NCBI RefSeq assembly: GCF_964204645.1 | Contig: NC_134027.1 | Location: 24,328,560-24,392,559 of the forward strand | Source: Tubulanus polymorphus | Taxonomy: Eukaryota; Animalia; Nemertea | Length of the DNA stretch: 64,000 bases | Reading direction: 5' to 3' | Part shown: positions 10,501-24,300 of the stretch, one piece after another | How positions within the stretch are numbered: the first letter of the stretch is position 1 | Layout: every line of letters starts with the position of its first letter | The notes under the pieces: model-generated | What the model was told of the DNA's origin: nothing | The model's input: the letters and a program-made list of their open reading frames with translations, nothing else | The model's database searches: none | Made by a program: the position numbers and the translations under genes

Positions 10501-13500
10501 CTGTGCATTTCAATGCGCTAATAGTGCCTTCTGTGAATACCGACTCCGGGTCCAGCAACGCAGAATCTGCCGGATCTGAAAACGAATCAAGAGAAATAAA
10601 GTTGATTGATCATGCATTACACAATATACGTAAAAACCATGCCGTTGAACTGATATAACCGTTAACAGGTTAATGTCAGGTTAATATGTTCCGGTGAGAA
10701 TATCCATATATTTCATCGGATTTTAATCATCTTAACTATTCTTAATTACTTACAGTGGAATCTCGTTAGTACGAGATGGCCTATTACGAAAGTCTGGGTA
10801 TAACGATGCTTTTAGTATGTTCCGGCCAAATGTAGCACAAATTACTAGTAAAAAAACTGTTTAATACGAACACAATGATAAGAAAAATTCGTCAAAACGA
10901 TGAAAGTTCTCGGTCCCTACGTCTGCTTGGTAAATCAATGAGGTTTAAGCGATTGCTGATCGCCTGTATCAGACTTACCGGGTAATACATGTGTAGCAAT
11001 GACATTTGACATAATGCCGAGGATGAAAATCGACCAACAAGGGAACAAAAGGGCGTGCAAGGAATCGATAGGCAACTATTTGCTGGAAATTCAAATGCCT
11101 CTGTTACAAATGTTCGTTAACACGAATGATTTTCTATTGCCCCAATTACTCGTACTAACGAGATTCTCCTCTGTATAAGAGAATAACGAGTCAATGTATA
11201 AAACTATCTGCAGTACTTACAGTTGACCGTTAATTTAACTTTATTAGAAATCATTTGTGCTCGTATGCCAGTCGCAGTAGCTGTACATTGATATTCTGCC
11301 TGATTATCAGTTTTAGTGACGTATGCTGAATATATTAGAGGACTAACTCCCTGTTTCATAGTGCTGCCTCCTGGTGTTCTGGTAATGGCGAGGTTCGGTA
11401 CCGGATTACCCCCTGTAGCTGTACACGTTAAGTTAACAGATACGGATTCCTGAACGGGTGACGTCGGTCCTTGTAATGTAACATTACTGGGCGGGTCTGA
11501 AATGAAAGAAAATAAAGATGGGCCCATATTTATGTTATGATGTATTTCTGCGGTGATGTATATACTTACGTAGAACATTTATTATAATACTACCAGTAAC
11601 TGATCCAAATGTATTCGATACGTTACATATATAAACACCCGATTCAATTTTACTGATTCCTAAGAAATGCACTTCATTACGAATCAGAAAAATAGGCCCA
11701 TATCGTCCTGGTAGGTCGACACCACTCCATTTATACGTCAGTCCTGTAGCTCCAGACTGTGAACCGTCACATCTGATTATTAAAAATGAATTCTCACGTA
11801 CTGTGACGATTTTATTGATGGCAGTGGCTGGTCGAGATGTTATAACTGGTCCACTCGGGGCTTGGCCTACTGTGAAAAAGAAAAAGTAGATACCTTGAAA
11901 AACCGAATGAAAATTTTTCACATTTAACTTGATTTTTGCTAATTGATTATGATTTCTAAACAAATCACAACAGGAACGACTGCGAGTTTCACTGCATTAA
12001 ACTCGACTTAAACGACTCAAAAGAAAATAAAATTTCACGATTGGCCATTCTTATTCAACAATACACTTTGTCATTCTCACCTACAACAGTACTTGCCGCT
12101 TCAAAATGTCGCCAAGGGTTAATGTAGTCACATGACCACGTTCCATTATCAGTCATCTGTACATTAGTGATACGTAAACCATAACGTCCAGCCGTGACGT
12201 CACATTGTCCAGTGTATCTGCGGTCAGTGAAAGCTCCACGAGGGCAGTTTGTCTTGTCAAACTCAAACTGTCCTGAAGGGCCATAAATAGTCATTGGTGG
12301 ACCGCATAAATCTTTATCGGGTGGGGAAACCTGACATTGAACGTCAGTGGTGCCACCTAGTTTTACAACTTCATGCGTTATAACTATTGTGATATTCGTA
12401 TCCGCTGCGCCTGTACATTTCAGCTGTTCTCCTTAACGAGATAGAATAAACAACTTTATAGGTACATCTGTACTTTTGTGTTTAAAGTTTGCGAAATTAA
12501 TTCAAAATTCATCGTGTTAATTTGATCAGGACGAAGCAAAAATCTCATAATCTTGGTAATCAAATCTCGACGAACAGCCGTTAAAGTCGAACGATAAGCG
12601 ATAGAAATGACAAGTAACGCTCTTCTAGGATATCAGGACCCACTTTCATGGTTGTTAGTTGAAATAAAAGTCTTGGAATAGTTGGAATAGTTCATTTTCA
12701 CGTTAATTTCGTCACCAGAGGCGCCATTGTACCACCATCTAGGCTTCCTGCGGTCCTATTTTGTCAGTGATAATCCTATCACCTGATTTATTCTCAAATA
12801 TTGTGTATAATGATATTCGACAAATGGGAATAAAATGTATTCATCTACTGTTTAAACCCATTCGTGGTCCATAGAATGCAGGCTCCTGATATATAATTGT
12901 ATCCACTGGGTTTAGTTACTAACTAATTGATATATAAATAAATCATCGTTTTGAAATGTAGATGAAATAAATTTATTTCTTAAATCGTCTCATTTCATTG
13001 TCAGTCATTTGTGGGTAAGAGTTTAGTCGTCCAAATTCCACGGACGACTAATATCTACCATTTGTGTTGAATTATAGATTTACATTGACTATTTTCCTTT
13101 AATTCCACATTCCTAAGCGGGAGGTAAGGGGATCAGTCCCCCCTGAAATGTAAGTAACAGTGCAATTTTTCGTCATCCAATAGAAATTTAATGCATAATC
13201 CTTCACTTGGGAACGACATGGGCATTTTGTTATAGGCATAATAGGTTTTGTTATGACATACAAGAAGAATCACTTTCGGTTTTTGACTCTAAGGAACTTC
13301 CCTGCCTTTTCAGAGTTTCTCTGCTCCCCTGATATTCAAATGTTTGGGGTGTGGCCCAGTTCTACTCATTTCTACTTACCGTTTGTTTCTGTACACATCA
13401 TTAGATACATAAACAGGGTGATGACTAAACACTCCTGTAATTAAAGACTTTTGAGATGAGGAAATACCTTAAACTCTCAAAAAGGTTTGAATGAAACATT

Positions 13501-13979
13501 TACGTTTGCACATGAAGGATGCTATTAAGTACGAGAGCGTGACACGAAGGAGGAGAGGGAGCTGATTAAGCATCAAAATTTGTTTCATTGACCACATTTA
13601 ATCGACATAAATATCATCACATTTCATTTTTTAGATTCGCTCTTTATATGTTTGATCCGTTGTCTTATTATACAATATATTAGATTATTGTTCAAAATGT
13701 TATCAGGGTGGTTGTGTAGACCAAGTTACGGGCCTTTATATCACCTCAATTCGGTCAGGATTCATTTGGCCAGTTGTGAGTCTTGAGACAATAATGAAAC
13801 CAGAGATTCTGCCAATGCATTTAGGAGTCTGGTATTACTTGTACCATATATTTTTACCGGATTTTTATCTGGGGGATTTTTACCTCGTGGGATTTTCACG
13901 GGGGAGGAAATATTTCCTACATTCGTAAGTGTAATCCAATGTCGATTGAATAATACGATGGACTTACCTTTATAAACAT
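7515..13979 (-). CDS. Nephrin-like single-pass Ig-superfamily receptor (signal peptide, 5 Ig, FN3, a further beta-rich exon, TM, short Tyr-motif tail); one exon is frameshifted in this sequence
   Basis: Exons: 13968-13979 (MFIK); 13380-13434 (ECLVITLFMYLMMCTETN); about 12081-12431 (V-like Ig, LRITNVQMTDNGTWSC); about 11570-11869, about 11220-11496 and about 10292-10575 (Ig; ESGVYIC, DNQAEYQC, DSGRYRC); 9782-10052 (Ig, DYGTFNC); 9267-9578 (FN3, LSWVSEYEGGSEQTF...LKQATDYEFKVRSVN); 8808-9095; 8441-8600 (TM); small tail exons at about 8130-8152, about 7742-7771 and 7515-7561. Confidence 0.85.
8627..8752. repeat. 49-bp tandem repeat, about 2.5 copies, intronic
   Basis: catttacataatgatggggatgtagaaactac...aaactgtcgtaa starts at 8627, 8676 and 8725. 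Confidence 0.85.
10753..11173. mobile_element. Tc1/mariner (pogo/Tigger-type) MITE in an intron
   Basis: TA-cagtggaatctcgttagtacgag ... ctcgtactaacgagattctcctctg-TA: about 24-bp TIRs beginning CAGT, with a TA TSD. Confidence 0.8.
13170..13330. repeat. Interspersed repeat fragment shared with 30530-30680
   Basis: tttaatg..aatccttcacttggga...cattttg.tatag...gtttctctgc.cccct occurs at both sites. Confidence 0.65.
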
Positions 13980-16449
13980 TATTGCACCGCTCTTTTTGTG
14001 AACCACAGCACCACTGAAAACGAAAGTGTGTTTTATGACCATACTATAAACACCTTCAAGCGAAATTATTCTTCACCTTCAATTCTTCACCAACACATAG
14101 ATATTATAACGTGTTGTAAAAAGATTAACTTACCAGAAGTATACAAATTTCTTATCAGTTAAGTTACAAAGTGACAGAGAGATCTGCGTCGTATTAATAT
14201 ATTGATATTATGATCCAACCAGACGATATTACATACGGGACACTAAAGCGAGCATGATATTCAAAGCTATAGAAATCGTTAAAACTGGACGTATCGGCCC
14301 CACTCCACGCGGTTGCGCCACCGCGCGGGATTTATGCGAAGCAGCACAACACAAACACGGCCACTCTCTCAATTTTCAATGATAGCAATCGTGTGTGCAT
14401 TTCAATTATTTCGGCTGTTAGGGTTTTAAGGCACAATATAAGTTGATGATGTGATATGGCGATGTTAATTAATGATAATTCCACAGTGAAGCTAGTCACG
14501 AACGGTGCCGATTGAGTGTACAGCTGCCAAAAAACACTGAAATGTGCGTAGTTGCGTAACTATTTGCAGTGAATTGCAGACGAAACATGAAGCCTTAACA
14601 GCCGTTTAAAAAAATTATACCAATCGCAATTGTAAAATAAAAATGAGATAGAACCTAAGTTAAAATTCTGGCCATTTCTAAAATGTTATTAATTATTATT
14701 ACTAATTTTTAGTCAGTGCGGAACGTTTAGTTTTCCAACAATAATGAGGGGTGGTAGGTAGTCATGCAATTCAAGTCATCATTTATTACACGTTACTTCC
14801 GTGTTGTTGATAATCTCGCGAGTCCTGGACCAAACCTTATTGAAAAATGTGATATGTGTGCTGGCCACAAATGCACACAGATCACACTACACTACCCATT
14901 ACACACTCCAGTACCCACAGCTTTCATATATCCATCCAAATATTTAGAGTGTCTTTCTTCCTGGATTTCAGGTATGTAATGGGCAGAAAGTGTTGATCCG
15001 TGTCGAAAAAAATGACGAACTAGAAAAAATTGAAGGTTCTACCTGATATGAATGATTATACATTTGCGCAATTTATTCGTGTATGAAGATACTGTTTGGC
15101 CGACTGAGAACCACAGAAGGTGAACTGGACGCGAAACATCTATCCAACAGGACAGATGCTCTGCACGATTTCATCGTTATCTTAACATAAGACTCATAAA
15201 TTCCTCAGGGCCACATGTGGATGCGTACCGAACGTTTTTTGAATATCACCTGTCGCCAGACCTTACACAGATGCAGTCAGATCTAAAGAACAGATGATTT
15301 AATTCCTCATGTTTAACCTGAATATTTTGTTGTGTGCGTATGTTAGGACATATTCGCCAAATTGTCTCTTTCTTATTAAGGTTCTGGATGTTCGAGGATT
15401 TTGTGTTTTGTAGTTTATCGATATTTTATACCTAACACATCACTGAAGGTAAGGCTCCATGCGCCATCTAAATTTGCAGTGACTGGAAAATCTGATTTTT
15501 TGGTTCATGTATGATTCTGCTCTGAAACTTGTCCTGTGCGCATGCAACTAAACTGAAATAGAGGTTATATTTTGACAAGCAATCATTTAATGAACATGTA
15601 AAGCTACCGCAATCACTGGAAACGTCTTTCAATTTTCGTCCCATTGCTCATTAGCGCACGTGGCGGAATCTCCCTTCGAACGGATGCATTTCGCAGGATT
15701 TCGGCTCACTTATGTACTTCCCTTGGGTAATTTGGGTCATACGGACACGCTGTTGGTTGGGCGAAAAAGCGCCATAGCTCTAACTGTGGTAGATTCGTGT
15801 ATGAACTTTTCAATCTATTGTTTGTCCAATAGCAAATTCAAATTCCGACTCTCCGTTGTTGAGTTGATGACGCACAGATGTAAACGCCGCCGCGTTCAAG
15901 AATGAAACAAAACTCAACCAAATAGAAAAACTATTTCGATTCATATATAGGGAAATTTGTGATATAATTTTTCGAAGAAATAGAATACGCGCTGGTAATA
16001 CGTATCTTTAAAGGAAGGATTCAAAGCTTCGAGGGGGGCTGCCGGCATACATAGCACGATGCAACAGCGAGAAAATGTATCCTAGATTTTTTTAGTTCTT
16101 CTTAGTAGAAATGTAGTCATCAGCATCGAAGATAATTCCGGCGTTTCCCCGGGATAAGAATAAAGAAATTCTGTTTTTTGTAATCAGTTTGTTTTTATAT
16201 GTTTTCTAAGAAATGATGCACAACAGTTTAACACACAATGAAAACACCTAAAACATATAGAATAGAATACAATAAGTAGCTTTTTTCATTCATTCATATT
16301 TTATTGCTCACAAAAGATAATTTGCATATAGCGGAAAAAAGTATATGTACAATAATTGACTCAAACGCAACAAACAACAACATTTGAAAATTTTGAAATT
16401 TGGTGTCACTTAGTGTGGTAAAATGAAACAATAACAGCGTAAATTTGAG

Positions 16450-17110
16450 AACATTTAACAATTGAGATATCTCAGAAGACGCTTAAAAACAATTAAAAAC
16501 TCTAAATATCACAGACGATGCTTAGAAACAATTAAACAATTAAAAATATCACAGAGAGTAGGTATCACAGAAGACGCTTAAAAAAGTTAAACAGTTTTGA
16601 AATATCAAAGATAATAGGTGTCCCAGAGGAAAAACAATTTAACAGCTCTAAATATCACAGACGATGTTTAGAAACAAATTAAGAAATTTAAAATATCACA
16701 GATAGTAGGTATCACAGAAGACGCTTAAACACTATTAAACAACTCTAAATATCACAGAGGATGTTTAGAAACAATTAAACAATTTGAAATATCACAGAGA
16801 ATAGATATCAGAGAGAACGCTTAAAATAACTAAACAGTTTTAAATATCACAGATAATAGGTATCACAGAAGATGCTTAAAACCAATTAACAACCTTAAAT
16901 ATCACAGAGGATGTTTAGAAACAATAAAACAATTAAAAATATCACAGATAATAGATATCACAGAGGACGCATAAAAACAATTTAACAACTTAAAATATCA
17001 CAGATGGTTATCACCGGGGATGCTTTGAAAAAAAATGTAACAATTTAAAAGAAAACAGAAAATATGTATCACATGTCATAAAAACAAGTGTCACAGAAGG
17101 CTCTTAAAAC
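16450..17110. repeat. A-rich composite minisatellite (sub-units of about 20-45 bp built on aaatatcacaga)
   Basis: The motifs aaatatcacaga, gtatcacagaagacgcttaaa and gatgtttagaaacaattaaac recur; an A-rich low-complexity tract follows to about 17630. Confidence 0.85.
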
Positions 17111-19153
17111 ACAAACTAAAAATCATCAGAAATACATTAACTATCAATGAAAAAAAATCAACTGATTGAAAATTATAATAAATTAACAAACATGCAGAAA
17201 TATAAATAAAGAATTACTTAAGATAAGGATAACTTAAAGATTTGGATTTAGGTAAATAATGTAACAAAAACAGAAGAATAAATAATAGGAAAAAATGAAA
17301 AAATATTGCTACCGTATATAATCAGTATTGAAATAACAATAACGAAAACTTAAACGTGTGAAAGAACTAGGAAAATTTAAACGTAACAAAAATGGATCAG
17401 CAACGGAGAAAACTTAATCAGAAAAAAAAGAAAATAACAAAAAAATATTAAAAAACAAGTAAAGATATCACAGTATACGATATAAGCCCAAAAAGGATTG
17501 GATATACCTGATATACATAAGCAGTATGAGTAAAAAAGAAAGAAAACTTAACAAAAGCAAAGATTTTCAACGAAAAATATTTAGAAAGAATTAAAAGAAG
17601 CTATAAGTAAACAAATTTGAAAAAAAGTTATTGCACGGATCCGGCCTTTCGTAGTTAGATACGTAGAAACTTAAAGAAATAGGACCCATTTCCACAGTTG
17701 TGTGTCGACTATAGAACCAGATGATTGGATATTAACTAATTTTTCACCCGGGAGCTGTGGAACTTGATTCTAGGATCTAGTTCCACAGTAATGGGCTAAA
17801 AACCCAAACTTTATATAATTAAGCGATTGAAAATGAACCGGTTTCAATTCTAGAGTCACGATAAGCCGACAATTGTGGATATTGCATATTATTTGCACGT
17901 GATACGATTTATATTATGTTTCTACGTCAAATGAATATAATACATGAAACAATTATATCTATATCTACACAAATTATATACATGTATATGTACATAGCAC
18001 CGTCATCTGCAACATAGATAACTCAGGCACCAGCAACCAGGACAACTCGTCGTAAGTACGCGAAACCCGACATTACTTTTTAACGAGAATTATGTACACA
18101 CATGACTATGTACAAAGAAATGAATATATTTACAGAATTATGGCACGAATGTTTAATATAATGGAACTATCATACAGGACATTCTTAATCGATCTTAACG
18201 AAATGTTTTGTTTAAGGCTTTATCCTTAAATTTCGATCACGAAGATTTTCTCGGCAAGCGAGTTTCAACGTTGTTAATACCTTACGCCATTACGTGGCAG
18301 TTGATATTTCTATCGGAGCCGACCTTCTTTTCCACTTCGCCCGGTTACCGTTACTTCCATATTTCTGGCAATTGCATCTGGATGTAAGATGATTCATCCA
18401 TTTTGTTTTTAACGATCACATGATAACCATGGGTTAATTAGCTCTGATTATGCAGTGGTTCCCCTGTTTTTCTCGGACTTTCGGGAGTCGACTATTTTCT
18501 TGGCGTTGAGTAGATATCTATAAAAACCACCACCAATATGTCTTCTAGCTTGCAGTAAAAGTCTTCGGATAATCATATTTATCAATCCGGTGGTCTAAGT
18601 TGGTGATAAAAACCTGAAATCACATTTTTGGAAAAATATTACAAACTGTCGCTAGAAGCCATTTGCTTACTTACACAGAGAAGTGACAGAACATCTTAAC
18701 TCTCAATCAACTATTTTTAAGTTCCAGAAATACTAGAGAACGCTCGAAAGTAGGCAGTTTGTAAACTTTGTACAATAGTCTAGAGCTTAACGAAGTTGAA
18801 ACTGAAGGTTTTTCCAAGAGGAGCTGTAGGTGTGTAAACCTGGTGTCCTAGAATTAATCAGGAAACGTGTTTGTTACCTTGAAATTATAAAAAATTGTGA
18901 ATTTTTATTTTCTAGTGCGAGCTAAAAAGCTCGTATTTTTCATACAATCAACTTTGAACTATTAGTCCTCTCATTTACCAATTCGTATTCAGTTTAAAAG
19001 ATGTAAAATACCTTTGGTAATTCCACGCCGCTGCATCTCGGATGAATATCGATCCAAGGTTGATCTCGCAGAGAGACCGTCTGCCTAACACCTGACGTGT
19101 CGTTAAAGTTGATCTCAGATCGTCTGCTGTTAAACGCGGTTTGTTTATATCAC

Positions 19154-19183
19154 ACTGAACGGCGTCGATCGCCGATATTTATA
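19154..19183 (-). promoter_or_regulatory. Candidate Pol II core promoter (TATA + Inr)
   Basis: On the - strand, TATAAATA (19183-19176) is followed 27 nt later by a TCAGT initiator (19158-19154); a downstream donor is at 19011 and an acceptor at 18614. Confidence 0.4.
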
Positions 19184-19764
19184 CACCTGCCCAAAAAACA
19201 ACAGCTTCGGGCACGTAAAATCCGCCCGACCGCGACAAACACGTAGCTTTCGTAGCAACTAATCGTGAGCCGTCGACGTAAACAAACTCTGTTAATGTTT
19301 AATTAGGCGTGTGGCGAGTAATTAGTTACGTACTCACCGAGAATAACTGTAACCGATTGTTTAGATGAAAGCACGCGGAGCAATTACTACTAACTACCGT
19401 ACAGTAAGTTGTGACACGTCTTTTGGGACTTTTACAAGTACGGTAACTCGCGTTGAAATTTGTGCCATGAAGGAAAATATTTGACATTCTTCTTCTCCCA
19501 TAGTTGCCTTTATGTAATGTATTTTGATATTCTAGTTTGAACGTATATCTTGAATTCTGTTCTGTTTCGATTCATTTGACTAATAATTCTGAAAGAAAAG
19601 AAAAACTTCTGGGCAAAAGATTCCACCTCGAGACTAATAACGTAAGACATCAAAATACATCATTCATCATCCATGTAGCTTAAGAATAATATTGCCAAAA
19701 CGATACGATATGGGACAAAACTGAGTCGACAATCGAAAGGCGGGAATACTGTGAAATGTCATTA

Positions 19765-20120
19765 AGCGTTTTTATCTAAGAAAATCGCTTTGGATTTACA
19801 AATCAACCTGTCTCGCTGATTTGATAAATCGATTTGCAGTTAGATAAACGCGCGGATTTGTTACCAGTGCTGGGAGACTCGTGCTGATTCTTTTCCGCCA
19901 TCTTTATTCTCCATGTAAATCTATTCAAATCAGTTTGACAAATCAAGCAAATCGCTCCAATAGCAATTTGCTTGATTTATCAAATCGATTTGAGTAATCA
20001 TTTAAATAAATGCATTGATTAGCCGAATCGATTTGATAAATCAAGTAGATAAAAGTGCAGAATTTACTTTGGTAAATTGATTTGACAAGAATCAACATCT
20101 ACTAGTAGATAAAAACGCCA
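19765..20120. repeat. Imperfect foldback/palindromic element
   Basis: Outer arms are gcgtttttatcta / tagataaaaacgc, with an inner palindrome aaatcaagcaaat...atttgcttgattt (about 19940-19980) and repeated aatcgatttga units. Confidence 0.55.
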
Positions 20121-20927
20121 AATGATTCCCCGCTCGCACTTGTTGTTCTCGAGATCATGCACCTCGAAACTGGTTTGAATTGCGAGGGTCACAGTTAGTT
20201 ATCAAAATCGTATCAAAAGATTCCGAATTTTGGGCCTCTGTCAGGGTTAGTTGGCGACCGACTAGGTCCGAGTCCGGGTCCATATCCATCGAACGGCGGT
20301 ATGAATATTCGGTGAAGAAGTGCTAATAATCCCAAGGTCGTGGAAAAATTGACAGCAGCCCCGCACAATGATTGACCCACTTTAATTGACATTTATGTAC
20401 TTATTATCAAGTTTTTAGTAAGGTGGTGGTGCTGTTTGAGGTAATTGTGATGATATATTGATTGAAAAATTAGTTTATAGTATCGTTGATGATATGAATG
20501 GTCTGTCAGGGGTCACGACAGCGATCAACCAGTATTCGTACTGTCAGTTCACTGTCATCATCGTCAGTACTCAGTAGTCAGTGTCTGTCTGTCCACTTCA
20601 CTCCACCACAGAAAGTTTCAGCATAACGCGAGCGTATTCTCTGGTAAACAATAATTAGCTGAAAAATAAGAAAAGCAAGTTCTAGCCAAATCATAGTTTA
20701 TTTTCTGAATTCCTTGCTCAACAAATAGATGCATGATATAGGCCTAAGTCTTAGTCTTAGCCTAAGTAGAGAAACCGATTATTATTCATAGATAATGGAT
20801 CAAATCGTTGCAAAGAGAGCAGATGTGACAGACAATAAGGCTCTTTGTATGAAGTAGGCTAATGAGCTTAGAAACAGTCTGACTAGGCTGAATTGTGACA
20901 ATTCTGAGCCAAATTCTGACTCTTTAA

Positions 20928-21201
20928 CCCGCTTAGTGCTGGCTAATTAATACCCTATAGTGCTGGAGATAATTTGAAAATTCTGAAAAATTCCACCCTA
21001 GTGTATTGAATAACGGGAATAACACTGTAGTGCGTCTACACCCTGGCGTGGTATATCGTTAGTTACTGATATTTCACTATGTTAGACAGGTGCTACCATC
21101 TTTCAAGAGAGATAATTAGTAATTACTAATTAAATCAATACATTGCACAAAATCCATCACTGATTCGTACACCGCACTGCGGTGTAGACGCACTGAAAGG
21201 G
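20928..21201. mobile_element. piggyBac-type MITE, copy 1
   Basis: TTAA-cccgcttagtgc...gcactgaaaggg-TTAA; the interior aligns with 23993-24275. Confidence 0.85.
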
Positions 21202-21375
21202 TTAAACTGTAGAACTGTGTCCAAAAAAGGGATAATTAACCAGTCCTTTATCTTATCACAAGACTGAGAAACCATTGGAGTTTACTTTAAGGCCCAAGGT
21301 TATTAATAAAATGTATTTTTTCTCCTTATTCAGGTTTATTTGGAACTCATTGTTGTTGTATGGTTGTTATAAAAG

Positions 21376-24300
21376 ATGGCCATGAAGCCGACGTGTATCC
21401 CCGTTCCGCTCACCGAGCGTGTAATCGACGATATTATTCCGTTCGCTAAAGAATGCGCTTTTACTCAAGGTAAGAAAATCGATAGTGGATATATGGTACT
21501 GGCCTGATAGATGTACATAGGCTCGTGAGTAGTCTGAATACTAGTCGTTGTTACCGGTTCCCTGGAACGACGGCTAGGTACTAGACTAGCTCGTGAGCCC
21601 CTTGAGAGGTGATAAATGTAGCTCAGGTGCCACTTTGGGGTACCTGCGGTTTGATAGATGACTCTGAGCACTGTAGCTCTGTTGATGTCACTTCTCTCCT
21701 AGCACTCAGGGGTGGAGGGGGCTATTTGGCACTTCTTCCTTCACTACCCAGGAGCAAATAGGCTTCCTAACCCTGTCTGTGGTTTAGTTTCACGATCGGA
21801 TATTTTCACAAACCGCAATCGGATTGCTGTTGCTACAATCCGATTGTAAAAGCTTGCCACCGAGGATTACGTAGATAACTAACCTTACCTATCACTCCTG
21901 ACTCATAAGTCCCTGAGTGCTGAGAGCTGTAGCTCAGATGCCACTTCCCCCTGTCTCCTACCAGGAGCAGGAGCGTTACTTTGGTCAAAACGTGAAATAC
22001 TGTAGTTCTCCCCAGGGAGAGATGAATGCAGTAGGCTCCTGACTTTTTGACCGCTTGTTTATTTCGTTTTTCTTTAGTGATTCAAGTATTGCAATTCAAT
22101 TGAATCTTTATTCAGTAAAAACGTGTACAAAGCTTGTGCCCGAAATTTGATATATACAAATGGTAAAAAAACAAAACAAAAAACAGGAAAGCCACTTAAT
22201 TCCACGATTTCCACAATAAAGAAATGTTATTATTGCAGGTATTATGATGAAAACTGCAGCCGAGCCGACGTCGTGCGAAGTTCTCAGTTATAGTCCGTTC
22301 TCTCTGATACCGACGCCGATTCCTCGTAAAGCGTTCAACGCCGCGTACGACGTTCAGACCGCTTACAATCTGCTGTACCATCGTGTCGCGCATGACCACG
22401 AGTTTCTGAAGAATTCGCTATCCGGGTAGGTTTTTAATGAAGATCAGTATAGTATACTACGCTCGAGCAGACATCAATCAAAATCTGCCTGGACCCTGCA
22501 CACTTAAATGTCTAATAGTTTATCTCTACTCGTCCAATCATTCACACTTCACTTCATGTTTTAGTTGAAAATGAACTATAAACACCAGATATTAGACATT
22601 TTATCAGCACACTTTCAAAAACTGTTCAATCATGCATGTTCTTGTGTTCAGAGCATCACCGGAGACATTTTCAAATAGAAATTACAAACACCAGAAATTA
22701 GATGCTTTATCGGAGAGGAGCAGTGGCCGAGTGGTTTAAGCCGCTGGTCACTGGTTTGGTCAGTCCAGGGTTTATGGGTTCAAACCCTGGTGGCGACATG
22801 AGTTTCTTGGTCGAAGGTTCTTCTCTGGTCTCTCCCCCCATTGGGGAAAAAGAAACATCGAACCCGCTTATAATGCCATGCGTGGCGCTTAGCGGGTTGA
22901 GGGTATCAAAAAAAAAAAATCAGCGCACTTTAGATAACTGATCGTCCACACTTCACATGTGTTCAGATCTTCGTTTTGGACATTTTTTATTAGAAATGAA
23001 CTACAAACACTAGACATTAGACATTTTATCAGCGCACTTTCAACAAGTGATCATAAACACAATACAGTGTGAAGGGCTGGTTTAAGGCTGCAGATTGTTT
23101 GCACATTCAATGACAGTCTATGACTAAATCCATTCTTTTTTTAGAGCCGTTGAAGTCGATGATTTTACGAGGAATTTGTGGAATATCTACGAAACCGTGC
23201 GACGAGAAGGCATTAATCAGGTCGGTTTCCCTTTATTTGCTAGAATTATCTTCAATCTTTTATGATTATAATAAAATATTTTGCATTGAGATTTTAAGGA
23301 AATACAAGATATAATAGTGATAATAGTGAATATCAGTTAAATGAAGGAAGCAGTGGAAGCCTATAGGCTGTACAGGTCCTGAAAAAAGTTATAATAATCA
23401 TAGTAATAATTATGTATTTATTTTCAAAGCCCTTCTTAGAACCTGTTGTGATATTGAGTTGTCATCAAACTATGCATTTGAATATGTAAATCTATTATTT
23501 CTCGATAAATGATATCGTTTTTCTAAAAAAAATTATATTTCATTATTTTCTTCAAAAATCTACGCTAAAAATTTCCCGATTTTACGGGCTGCCATTCAAA
23601 GCTTTTGGCTACGTTTACTGATTAGATCATTTCCTCCGTTTCTGGAATATATTCGTTTTATCGAAGTTTGAATCAAATTCTAATGTTTTTGAAAAAAAAA
23701 ACGATGTTTTGCAGAATGTGTCGCTGTGTTTGCATCGCTCGGACTACATGGTCGACACGTCCTCGAACAATAACATCAAACAAATCGAATTCAACACGAT
23801 CGCGTCGTCATTCGCGGGGCTTTCGTCGCGAATCGGACAGATGCACCGGTAAGTCGTCAGCCGTCCCGAGGCAACTTTTGCCTATACGTTATTTCAATAC
23901 AAGTTGTTTTAGGCACCTATAGGTGGAGCTGTCAGCGATTTCAATCTTGATATTCTATAAGATCCTACAATCCACTTTGTGAAATTAATTAACTCTTTCA
24001 GTGCTGACTAATTAATACCCTATAGTGCTGGAGATAATTTTAAAATTCTAAAAGATTCCACCCTAGTGTGTTGAACAACGGGAATACCACTGTAGTGCGT
24101 CTACACTGCGATGCGGTGTATCATTAGTTACTAGTATTTCACTATGTTTGACACGTGCTGCCATTTTTCAAGAGAGATAATTACTAATTACATCAATACA
24201 CCGCAGTGCGCGGTGTACTAGCAAAATCTATCACTGATTTATACACCGCACTGCGGTGGAGACGCACTGAAAGGGTTAAAAAGGCTTAGATGTGTCTATA

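Noticed and set aside
20245-20390. Possible SINE fragment (ggtccgagtcc...taataatcccaaggtcgtggaaaa)
   Set aside because: The B-box is weak, there is no A-box, tail or TSD, and there is no second copy in the window.
22717-22797. tRNA-Ser/Leu gene
   Set aside because: A and B boxes are present, but the acceptor and anticodon stems do not pair; a body and poly-A tail follow, so it is a SINE.
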